Below, piece after piece: positions 39,238 through 49,720 of a stretch of 64,000 nt of DNA (position 1 is the stretch's first letter; every line of letters starts with the position of its first letter). Position numbers and translations under genes: made by a program. The notes beneath the pieces are model-generated. The model was not told where the DNA came from. It searched no databases and was given only the letters and a program-made list of their open reading frames with translations. This DNA comes from Fimbriosthenelais zetlandica (Eukaryota), in the NCBI GenBank assembly GCA_977030845.1, contig OZ365117.1, positions 3,720,001 to 3,784,000 of the forward strand, written 5' to 3'.

Positions 39238-39251
39238 GGGTTTCCTGCCAT
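39238..39251 (-). CDS. Array gene: ATG exon (MAGNP)
   Basis: AAAATGGCAGGAAACCC|GTAAGT, phase 2. Confidence 0.5.
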
Positions 39252-39607
39252 TTTAGTCTTTAGTGTAGAGGGGCTGTGTTCTGACCTAGGCTACTATACA
39301 AATGAGGCGTCTTTTCATAGTGTGTTTACACGTTGAAACCATGGACAAGCTCGTCTCATAATAATAACTTGTTACTCTTCCTCAAACTACGTGTTCGATT
39401 GCAAAACCAGTTATAATTAGCAGTTCTCTTTGTACTAAAGTTTTGAAATCATCAAATTACTGAAGGCTTGCTTTGATAGTGATTGTTTGGAATCTAAGCC
39501 CCTTTGTCATCAGATTGGTTCCAGATTAAAACAAGGGCGGATTTAGTAGAAGGAAATTTAAAATTTGTCATACATAATGTTCTTCTATATAATACATATA
39601 GGCCTAC

Positions 39608-39762
39608 CTGTTGTCGTTTTGTCCCCGACTCTTAAAGTTGTCGTCCACCTCCTCTTGGGATTTTGTGGTCCATTTTTTTTTTTTTATTATTTTCTTTTTA
39701 TCTTCTTTTGGCGGTACAGCGTTTCAATCGTGCATATCGGGCTCGGATTGATGACCCAGTGC
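39608..39762 (-). pseudogene. Extended M-type exon with in-frame stops
   Basis: tttgtacag|, 155 nt, phase 2 to 1. HWVINPSPICTIETLYRQKKIKRK**KKKNGPQNPKRRWTTTLRVGDKTTT. Confidence 0.6.
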
Positions 39763-39864
39763 CTGTACAAATTGGAAGTTGAAAGATTTTCAATAAGACA
39801 TAATGGACGAGGCATTCTGCAATGGAACATTTTGCAGTGTTTTGGGTTCATTTTGTTGACAATT

Positions 39865-40095
39865 ACTAAATGTGGTCAAGCAAGATGCCCTTGCATGTAT
39901 ATCATAGAAGACCAATCAATTAATTTCCATGAAGCTAATTACAACTTCAAAGTACAATCAGCACTTAACTGTAACTCAAGCAATGTACTATATGTCCTAA
40001 TTTGCCAAGGTTTCAAAAAATATTACATTGGTAAGACTAAAACTGCTTTGAGATTTAGACTAAACAACCACAGATCTCACGTAAACAACCCAAAA
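39865..40095 (+). mobile_element. Penelope-like element GIY-YIG endonuclease fragment
   Basis: TKCGQARCPCMYII...ALNCNSSNVLYVLICQGFKKYYIGKTKTALRFRLNNHRSHVNNP: Cys-rich linker followed by the GIY-YIG motif. Confidence 0.88.
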
Positions 40096-40300
40096 ATGCT
40101 ATTCTTTGTAGTCGCCATTTTGTGATATATATGTATAAGGTACATTATATACAGAAATATTAAGTAGAATTCTGAGTGAAGTGAGATATATCAAAAAATG
40201 AAAGGCAAAAATGTACTTTTCATTATTCAATGTGGAAGTAATTTCTTGCTTTTAAGCTTTGTCATCACACCAGTATATATATATATATATATAGGCCTAC

Positions 40301-40464
40301 CTCGAGTTGTTTTTTCCCCTTGGGGCTCTGTCCGTGTCCGGTAATGTACCGTCAAATTCACTTGCCAACGGGCAATTGTTGGCATTTGTGCGTTCTCTTT
40401 TGATGAAAAATCGATTTCAATTTTTTTTTGTCTCTGCATGGTATTTATGAGACATCCCGGATTT
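40301..40464 (-). CDS. Array gene: N-type variable exon N3
   Basis: tttttttcag| ... |gtaggc, 164 nt, open. NPGCLINTMQRQKKIEIDFSSKENAQMPTIARWQVNLTVHYRTRTEPQGEKTTR. Confidence 0.72.
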
Positions 40465-40558
40465 CTGAAAAAAAATTAATTGCAGAAACAATCAGGTATC
40501 TATATGATCGTGAATTCATTAAAACTTTTCGGTACGAAATAAAGTCAAATTTACTTAC

Positions 40559-40569
40559 TGCTGCGCCAT
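40559..40569 (-). CDS. Array gene: ATG exon (MAQQ)
   Basis: AGAATGGCGCAGCA|GTAAGT, phase 2, in frame with N3. Confidence 0.55.
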
Positions 40570-40896
40570 TCTTTACCTCTCCTCTCTGGTATACCAAGTA
40601 CAAATGAGAATTGTAACCATGGACAAGCTCGTCTCATGATAATAACTTGTTACTCTTCCTCAAACTACGTGTTCGATTGCAAAACCAGTTATAATTAGCA
40701 GTTCTCTTTGTACTAAAGTTTTGAAATCATCAAATTACGGAAGGCTTGCTTTGATAGTGATTGTTTGGAATCTAAGCCCCTTTGTCATCAGCTTGGTTCC
40801 GGATTGGTTCCAGATTAAAACAAGCGCGGATTTAGTAGAAGGAAATTTAAAATTTGTCATACATAATGTTCTTCTATATAATATATATAGGCCTAC

Positions 40897-41033
40897 CTGT
40901 TGTTTTTTTGTCCCCGACGGTCAAATACATCGACCACCGCCTCTTTGGATTTTGTGGTCCATGGTTTTTTTTTTTGTATTTTCTTTTTATCTTATTTTGC
41001 CGATGCATGGTTTCGATAGTACATATCGGGCTC
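40897..41033 (-). CDS. Array gene: M-type variable exon, intact
   Basis: 137 nt, phase 2 to 1, same translation as 37191-37327. Confidence 0.6.
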
Positions 41034-41131
41034 CTGAAAAAATTAATTGCAAAAACAATCAGGAATCGATATGATCTTGAATTCATTAAAACTTTACCGT
41101 GCGAAAAATAAAGTCAAATATATATACTTAC

Positions 41132-41145
41132 GGGTTCCCTGCCAT
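41132..41145 (-). CDS. Array gene: ATG exon (MAGNP)
   Basis: AAAATGGCAGGGAACCC|GTAAGT, phase 2. Confidence 0.55.
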
Positions 41146-41639
41146 TTTACTGACTTCTTTACGGCTCTGTTCTTGTCTAGGCTACTGTACAAATGAGGCG
41201 TCTTTTCATAGTGTGTTTACACGTTGAAACCATGGACAAGCTCGTCTCATAATAATAATTTGTTACTCTTCCTCAAACTACGAGTTCGATTGTAAAACCA
41301 TTTATAATTAGCAGTTCTCCTTGTAATAAAGTTTTGAAATTATCAAATGACGTAAGGCTTGCTTTGATAGTGATTGTTTGGAATCTTTGTCATCAGCTTG
41401 GTTCCGGATTGGTTCCAGATAGGCTTCCACATTAAAACAAGCGCGGATTTAGTAGGGGGCGGTTTTATTTAGTACAGTCTTATAGAGAATATTACGAGCG
41501 TTATTATGATAATGTCACATGGAGATTTGGGAAAAACAATATTTCTTAAAAAAATTCAAAATATAAAAGCTTAAACCTATAGCTTCAATAACTTCAATAC
41601 CCTCTGGTATAGTGTCACCTGTCGTTTAGTATTGGTAAC

Positions 41640-41805
41640 CGCTGGAAAGCCCGCGATGCAACTCTTGGTTGTACCACCTCGTGTAGACAGCTGGGAGCCT
41701 CTCCTCACAGTGCCTTGTACGTGTGGAGAATGATCTTATACTCCACCCGCTGCTGTCCTGGTAGCCAGTTGAGTTCATCACAGGCATCATGTGATCATGG
41801 ACACC
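41640..41805 (-). mobile_element. L2/CR1-group LINE ORF2 3' fragment
   Basis: DHMMPVM(fs)LNWLPGQQRVEYKIILHTYKAL*GEAPSCL matches the HITPVL..LHWLPV..RI.YKI...YKAL.G.AP motif. Confidence 0.85.
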
Positions 41806-42689
41806 CACAGCCAGCGCCACAGCCACACACAGTGGCGCCATCTACCTGTTATGTAATCCAGTAAGCACGATTCCAAGGTTTCAAGGTTTTTTATTAAGCT
41901 CTGACCACATACAGAGGTATGGAGCGTAAACAATATGAATACAAATAAAATATAATATACACACAGCAAAAACACGGCAATCGAAAAATGTCAGGATTAA
42001 AGAAATTATGTTGGAGCAAATGGAGTACAGTGTCAGCAAATTATTTACGGTACTATACTTGTATCAGATTAAGCGAATAACAATAAATCAGGTTAAGTCA
42101 AATCATAATTCGGTGGTCATAGAGACCCAGTATATAGTAGTACGTTCTCATGACCATTGACTACAGAGAGTCAATGACAATTGTACCTCCAAGACTAGAA
42201 TCACTTTTATAAGAAGAACCATAGGCCTAATAGAAAGAATCCCGATCCACATTATGCACTATCTAAACAGGGGCAGAACCAGGCTCGCTGGTCAGTCGTC
42301 ATGGTTTCTATGGTTGCCACATGATGGCAGCACTGCACTGTAGCACCCCTTACCATTCCCGCCTTCTGATTGTTCAACAGAATCATGTGTGGTGGGTCAT
42401 GTATCATAGATTCCCTGTAGTAGACGCGTCTGATACCATCCTACATATACATTCTCTGTATATATAGGATGGTCCACCCCGGCGGGGCAGGGGTGGACTT
42501 AAATGTTTTTATTTAAGAATTAAGCTTTTTAACCCTGGCCCCATAAACCGAGAGTTTCTGCCCCAACATCCAAATGTGCTGGGGCAGAATTAGTGAAAAG
42601 GCATTGGTCTGATTAGGGGTCTGGATCCGGTCCAGCAGGAACATTCATTCATTCACTGACCATGGCGAAATGACCATTCCATACCAAGC

Positions 42690-42922
42690 CTGGGCTCGCT
42701 CTACCCGATCGCACTGTCGCAATTTTCGAATAAAAATGCTACTTTGCTAATAGAAAATGACTTCTATTCGCTAATTTTGCGAAATAAAAATCACACCTAA
42801 CCACCGCAAAATCACACAAATATCAGAGTTGAAGGAAAAATCCAACTAGCAATGCTTCCTCTAAACTGACATCTGCTAACGCCAACTGCAAATTGCTAAA
42901 AGAAATTTGGTGTCTTTAGCAC
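42690..42922 (-). repeat. Dispersed repeat, inverted copy of 1661-1886
   Basis: Direct alignment by eye. Confidence 0.8.
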
Positions 42923-43166
42923 TTTTTGCTAAAAGAAATTTATGGTTAGAACTAGCCCAGCAAGCCATCCTCTGACCCTCCACCCGTCAGCTGTTTGGAC
43001 AGCACCTACATTCTCACCGCATTTGATGAGGTCAACTCCGTTAGCTTGACCTTGCTGCTCGTGCCCATTGAAGCATGTAATACTTGGCCTCCTTGGGCAA
43101 GCTTCATTGGGCGACACTAATTATCAGGTGTGTGGGGTTGGGATTCATGGATTGGCAATCGTCTGG

Positions 43167-43391
43167 AAGGGCGGATCCATTTTTGGGGGAGGGAAGAGGA
43201 AAAAATAAAAGATTTGGAAAATAAACATGGCTAATCAAAGTCGGTGGGACAGTTTGAATTGATCATGTAGGTTTCAGTGCTGAACAGTCCTATTTATATG
43301 GGATTTCTTTCTCCATTTCGTCTTATAGGTGTGTAGAAGGCTCCCAAATCAACTTGAAAGCCCCCTTTTCAAATTACTGGGTCCGCCCCTG
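43167..43391. mobile_element. MITE-like element, about 225 bp
   Basis: Short imperfect TIRs AGGGCGGATCCA / TGGGTCCGCCCCT. Confidence 0.45.
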
Positions 43392-43519
43392 TTCTGCATG
43401 GCTACCTATACACCAGCCAAGCAGTGGTCAAGTGGTAGGGTCAGACTATTATAGAATGATTACGTCATAATTGGTTAATCATACCACATGAAGGTGTTAG
43501 ACAACATGATATTCAGGAC

Positions 43520-43893
43520 ATACATGCGCATGCGTCGAGGACAGACGTTGCTTTCTGTAGCTCTCCAACATTTCTATGATTTTGGACTATTCTATGGAAA
43601 TATTAATCATTTGCACCCAAGTAACCCACAGGATCTAACCCTTTATCATCTAGGGATTACATTTTGGTGTTATATGTGCTAGCTAAGGATATATTTGATG
43701 TTCTCTGTCGGTTTGTGTTTTTGAACTTGGCGCCACACACGCCCAGCACCAACATGGCGGCTGCCTCCATACCCTCACATTCTACCCCACCTGGGGAAGA
43801 AATGCAGGAGTATGTATTGGAGATCAAACATTGCAATGACCGGGAATAATCTCTCAGTGAACATAAGGGTTCAGACTGAAGTACGGGGTAAGT
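43520..43893 (+). promoter_or_regulatory. Candidate promoter and first exon
   Basis: NRF1-like TGCGCATGCG (43525), YY1/Kozak-like CAACATGGCGGC (ATG 43754), donors GTATGT (43810) and GTAAGT (43888). Confidence 0.4.
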
Positions 43894-46252
43894 GAATAGG
43901 CTTGTTTACCGCCCTTGAAATTGGTTACTTTGGATATTAAATAATTGTAGGCCTATACATGTGGGACAAATGTCAAAATGGTGGTCCTATCTAGAATCTG
44001 CACTCAATCTTTTGTGGCAAGAAAGTGGACTTTTTATTTTTTGTTCTGAACTTTTTAGTCTGCCTCCCTCCCACAAGAATAAAATGAGCGTTAATCTCTA
44101 TCATGGATTTCTATCCTGAATTATATCCTCTTAATTAGCTTATTTGGTGCCTGGGTTAACCTTTGTCCCTGGGACAAACCCCATGCATGTCAACTAGGTA
44201 GCAATATTATGATTGTAATTGGCCAGCTTATAGCAATCCCCAGTAGATCTAATGTTTCTTTTGAAAGCAATTCGAAAGAGAAAAAATGAGATGGGCTGAA
44301 TCAACTTTGACCAATTTTAAGACTCCATTTTCGTTAACGGATTATTTCAGAGTTTGTCCTGGCAACAGCTGAGATGATTTTCATTATTTAAAAGCCAACT
44401 GCCCCATTTGTCCAATTAATGGAAATCAAAATATTGATTGATCTTTGAAGTCTCTTTTAGTGAATGTAGTTCCTCCCTTCTCCACAGAGTGGCAGGCATG
44501 TTCCATGTCAGGCGAATAGAAGTGATTGTATGGCGCCTATATAAGTATAGGCCTACATGGTCAATCCATTTGAACACCATCTAGATTTTAGCTTGCTTTT
44601 GCCTTCCGATTCTGGCAACATCTCATTTTCGGGTAGCAATTGATGCACTTGCAGATGATGGTCTTGTAGACAAGCTCGACGTGAAAGAATCACTGCAAGA
44701 ATCACCAGGCAATGATCCCTGGAAGGTATCCAAATAATGTACCAGGTCTATTGAGATATCCAATAGATATTCATGATTTGCAATTCTTGCAAAGTTTCCT
44801 AAAAAATATCATCCAAAATAATTTGGCGATGAGGTAAAAAAATAGATAGTTATTGGGCAGTAGAACCTGACTTTTAACTTATATTTTAGACAAAGAAATT
44901 AACAAATATAAAATACAGCATTTAATTATCTTCAAGAATTTTGATTTTGAGGAATGTGTTTTTAATATGACGCAATATTTCTTATTCACTGTAGCTAGAA
45001 TAATGTAGTTGGGGTTCTGTAATTTCTGTGCCGGTTTTCTAAGATTGTAGGTCTAACTGTTCTATGCCTACAGTATATATAGGAAACCTAAACACCTCCT
45101 ATTCTGCCGCGGCTGCCGTACCTGTGTGTAAATAATCTTCATATCAGTATAGTTTACTCACCTGTCTGGACTTAGTGTAAATGTTGTTTTTACCTGAGAG
45201 GTAGATATATAGTTTTGTTAGCAGCTCATCAAATTGAGAGCAGCTTATATTTAAGGCCCGGGGCATAATTGACAGAAAATCAATTGCAATATGCAATGGG
45301 TGGTGCGCTATGAAAATAATATTTATTTTGACTATATATGTTACATTGCCATGCCTTGTCGGACCCATTTAAGCCTTTCACTGCCTTTCTAAAAGTAATA
45401 ATAAATTATATTGGTTATTTTGCCATAATTTGTAAGATATTTTATAGGTGGGGGTATAATAATGTCTCCACTCCAGCACCATTAGGCCTAGACAGTAGGC
45501 TAAGTGTAGCCATGCCCGTCCATGACATGTCACAAGAATGACATGTGGCAGCTTCCAAGTTCCAGCCCATCCTACACAAACTTTGCATGTTCAGAAGCTA
45601 ATTTGATCAGCCGTCATTACATAGAAATCAACAGTTAGTAGTTTCCTGAAGTTTCCAAATTCATTTGAGCAGGAAATTAGTGGTAGGCTTCAATTAATGC
45701 TGCGCCGTTCCAAGCGCCAGGCAGAAGTCAAACTCCAGCGGGAGTCGAACTCTCCGGAGGAGGCGAGAAACTACTCTCGATTATCTACTTCCGGTTGAAA
45801 AAAAATGTTTGAGTTTCCTAAAAACGGACCACATTTTCCCTTATATTTATAATATTTCATGCCATCTCAACCTAATTCCACGTACAAATGGGAAATATAC
45901 GCTTAATCTTCCAAATGAGGCCAAAGATTGCCAGTTTAAAGCAATGTAAGTGCGATTTTTTGTAAACATATCCGCCGACTGAGCTCGCCGGTCTCCGCAC
46001 AGTGGCGCTCCAGTCGTTCCTCCCTTCTACGACTGAAGCGCCACTGTGCGGAGTGTGGCCGGGCCCTTTATTAATATTATATCTTTCTGAGACTCCATCT
46101 CACGAAAGATAAAGATCAATATGTTTTCTCATCACTTGTATAATATATTTATTAATTATCTTTCAGGAGCTCCGTGTAGACATACATCTTGTCTAGCTGC
46201 CTCATCAACATATAACACATTGACACCCATCCCATCACCTGTCACCTCCTCA

Positions 46253-46530
46253 GGCCAGGGTCGTGGCTCAGGCGGTAAGGTGTGTGTTCAACTTGAATGC
46301 TGGAGGTCCTGGGTTCAATTCATCAAGTTTGCCATTGTACTTCTCCACCTATTGCTGCCAACTGACATATGAAAGACCAGCCATGTATTCCACTGTCTGT
46401 GGTGAGAGGCATGTAAAAGAAATATTGCTGCCATTTGAGAAGAGCAGGCCATTGTGTGTTGGCAGCGTCTTTCATTCTCATTCTCATCCTGTTGCGGCCT
46501 GGACAAATATATGCTTCAAAAATAAGGAGA
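46253..46530 (+). mobile_element. tRNA-derived SINE
   Basis: GGCCAGGGTCGTGGCTCAGGCGGTAAGG (A box) and GGGTTCAATTC (B box), followed by a non-tRNA body. Confidence 0.65.
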
Positions 46531-48299
46531 AAAAAGACAAACGTGATAATATATGTGGAGCCATGCCCCCTCCTGCCAACACAGGCCTACCATGGCTCAC
46601 CTGCTTCCTGCTTCCACCACTGAGGGCGCCACCAGCCCTTATTATCTGGCCAGGACATGTGATCGCAAGAGACGGGACTGGGAGAAAAGGAGAAAAGACC
46701 TGCTCGTATGGCAGCAGTTTGAGTAGCATTGTCTCCCATGCCTCAGCCTCAATGACTCCTTAAAGCAGCAGCTGAACGGTGTGAGAGCTTATCTACCCAG
46801 AGTGGCTCCCCCTCCACACTCCACTCACACCCAACCCTCCACACTCCACTCACACCCAACCCATCAACTCAAGTACCATGGCAATCCATATTAAACCAGA
46901 AAACCTGAAAGCAACCCCAAAACTGAAACCTGAAAACTTTAAACTTCAAACATTATATTATACCCATAACTTAATTTTCATGACATCTCCTTCAGTAACT
47001 CCGTTATGACTAACTTTAATAGAATGCTATTGGAGGGAGATCTAAGGTTGTTCTTGATTGGTTTGGACCGTTGTCTGGTGACCGGTTGAGTGCCTTTTCT
47101 ACATCCACGTATCAAGATAATCAGTAAATGCCTTCAATTCCACACATCACAAGGAAGGAGATTAGCCTCTCTAAGCCATGTACAAACAAACTGACATAGT
47201 CAAGGTAGATTCTCCACACTGAAACTCTTAGATCTATCTCACGATTAACTCGGTCCACACCCTTCTTTTGAGAAAAAATAGTCGCTTGAAGGCAAGGAAA
47301 GAGTGCCATGAGAATGAGAGATGCTCGATATCTGATGAGGTAGACAGAGAGGGGCTGAGTGAGTGGTAAAAGGTGCCTCCCCCCTTGTCCTCCTGCCACT
47401 TGGACCTGCTTCTATCTCTCATGTGGAAGAGAACTTGCTAAGGGGGACATGCGGATGGCACAGCTGGCCCGCTCATTGACTACCATTTACTCCATTCATG
47501 TCAAACTCTTCTTTCACCGCCTCAGCTATCAACTACAGGTAAGAAACTAACATTTTCTCTTTTATAATAAATATTTCAATTTCAAGGCCATAATATTTTG
47601 ATTACACTTCAAGTTTCTAATCAAGAAATTCAATAGCTTGCTTTTATTCCAAAACCCATTATTTTGAAATTAAATTTAACTTCAATATCTTGCGAACTTT
47701 GAAGCTACTCGTAAAGTCTAAGTAATTAAACTGGAATCAATGTAACATATAATAAATACTGCAGCTAATTATTGGACGTATTGAGCAAAAATCTTTGGTG
47801 AAGTGAGCTTCATCTGGCGTGACAGGACTTGGCGATTATCGCTCTACTTGAAATGAAGCTTTCAATTATTCCACTTGGTAATGGCATGTCCTTCACCATC
47901 CCCCCTCCACCTTCTCCCACTCCTCCTTCATTCTCTCCCTTCCTGTTTTTCTCCCCCATCTTCTCTACATTACATTGAGTTATCCTCTATCTTGGGACAG
48001 TCGTTCTATGGTTTCTGCCCTTTACTTGTTATCTGGGTCCACTTGGATGGATTCTAAAACATTAGATTTGGATTCTCCGATGTTTCCTACAGATTCTATT
48101 AGTTTTTATTAACTGGTCTAAGATGATTTAAATTGTTGATAATATCACTAACCAAAACATTCCAAACTCTAAACCAAAACACCATTATCTGTAGGGACAC
48201 ATGTAGATTAAACAAACTTTAGAAACAACTGTAAGGCCAGACATTCCCCTAGAAATTGTTGGTTCCTGCATAGTACATACTTGTTTATCTCCAGTCTAG

Positions 48300-49720
48300 C
48301 ATTATATTAATTTTTTGAAGGCGCTGGTATTATCTTCGGCAGATATGGCATCTAAGCATTCAATATTGGGTTCTGCCTCTTGCCCGTGGAAGAATCCCTT
48401 ATAAATTAAACCCGGCTAAGAATTTTAATTAAACGTAACAAAATTAAATTTAGAAATCACGGCCTGGTTCCCATTGAAAGGGTAATCCTGGTAGAACAAT
48501 CCTCACGACAACTTCTGAGTGTCAAATAATTCTAAATCGGGCATAATTCCTTTAATTAAGAGATAAATTTAATGGCCATAGATGCTCGTTAGGTGCTTGT
48601 CATCCTAATGCCATAAGGAAAGGTACAATTGAATTTTCCATCTCCATGGGGAAGGACTGGAGGTCTCGGCTTTAGAGAGAAACTTTGTGCATGTAGAACT
48701 AGAAAGCTTTGAGCCCTGCTCGACATGCCTTTGATTTAAATATAACCTATTAATAACCGACTTTAGCCTTTTGTCAATAGCTGTAGGCTTCGCGACTCTA
48801 ATAGAGTTATCCAAGCATCAGATGAAAAATGATTCCCGAGTTAAAGAGTCATTTGGAATTAGAAAGAGATGGAAAAATGGGGTGTCCCCGAATGATACCC
48901 GGAGTGATTCCACTAAAGTTAGCTCGGAATTAGGCAGTCTACTTACAGGCAGAATAATAAAAAGCGAACAATACAATATTGTCCCAGGATATTTAAATAG
49001 AGAATTGCTTTCTGAATATTGTTCAGGCTTGCTTACATGACAGGACTAGGGAGCCAGCATTAATGGTTTCCTTTTTTGTAATTTGCAGATGTAGCATCTT
49101 TACGACGCTCAGGCTTACATCGCTGTAACAGGCTGCAGGCAGATCGATTCTCACCCAAATGGAAAGGATGCCCATCTGTTTGTCTAAAGCGAGTCTTCCT
49201 CGCAAAATCTGGCTACTAAAGGAAGGATTGAAATAAGAGGCTCGCTCTTTCTATGGAAAATTCCCTACATCAGACAGAAATTGGGGAATCGGTGAAAATA
49301 TATAGAGGCAATTTTGGAAAGAAATCTGGACATGTACAATCATGAAAGTACAGTAAAGTGGCGGAATTAATGGACATCTGTGCCCGATAATCAAAGACAA
49401 GATCCATGAGACATGTTGCTTCAATGAATCCATCTTGTAAGGCTACTCCTACAATGAACACCTCTAAATGTGAGAGGTCAGGACAGAGTGCCATCACAAA
49501 TATAATCCCTCTCAGACCTATGTGAAACAACTGAATCATAAAAGCCTCAGAAGACTTGGAGATATATAATCACGGGTTGAAAGAACGAGAGGCGCACACT
49601 CTCAAAGCTATAACATTCAGTGAGGAAGAAAGAGCTATATATATGCTGTAAACAGGTATGGAGACATCAGTAGGATATGACTTATAAACTCTATGTCACA
49701 TCCAGTACATCAAGAACACC
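48300..49720 (+). mobile_element. Decayed DIRS-like (tyrosine recombinase) retrotransposon
   Basis: Stop-riddled frame DVASLRRSGLHRC...FSPKW..VCLKRVFLAKS...DICAR...IIKA...EAHTLKA follows the DIRS YR motif order (R..ELHAL, FLAK, LCPVRAL, AHS.R). VILVEQSSRQ upstream resembles the RNase H end NVLADxLSR. Confidence 0.6.

Noticed and set aside
39565-40125. 186-aa plus-strand ORF (and related MSYIMFF... ORFs)
   Set aside because: The N-terminal part is the antisense of the M exon and its intron, and the C-terminal part is a truncated Penelope endonuclease. It is not one gene.
34228-41400. Hammerhead ribozyme expected near Penelope fragments
   Set aside because: The CTGATGA cores I checked (34228, 35918, and minus-strand about 37696 and 41392) lack a stem II followed by GAAA.
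45997-46049. RAG/Transib heptamers (CACAGTG...CACTGTG)
   Set aside because: The palindrome extends beyond the heptamers, and there is no nonamer and no 5-bp target-site duplication.
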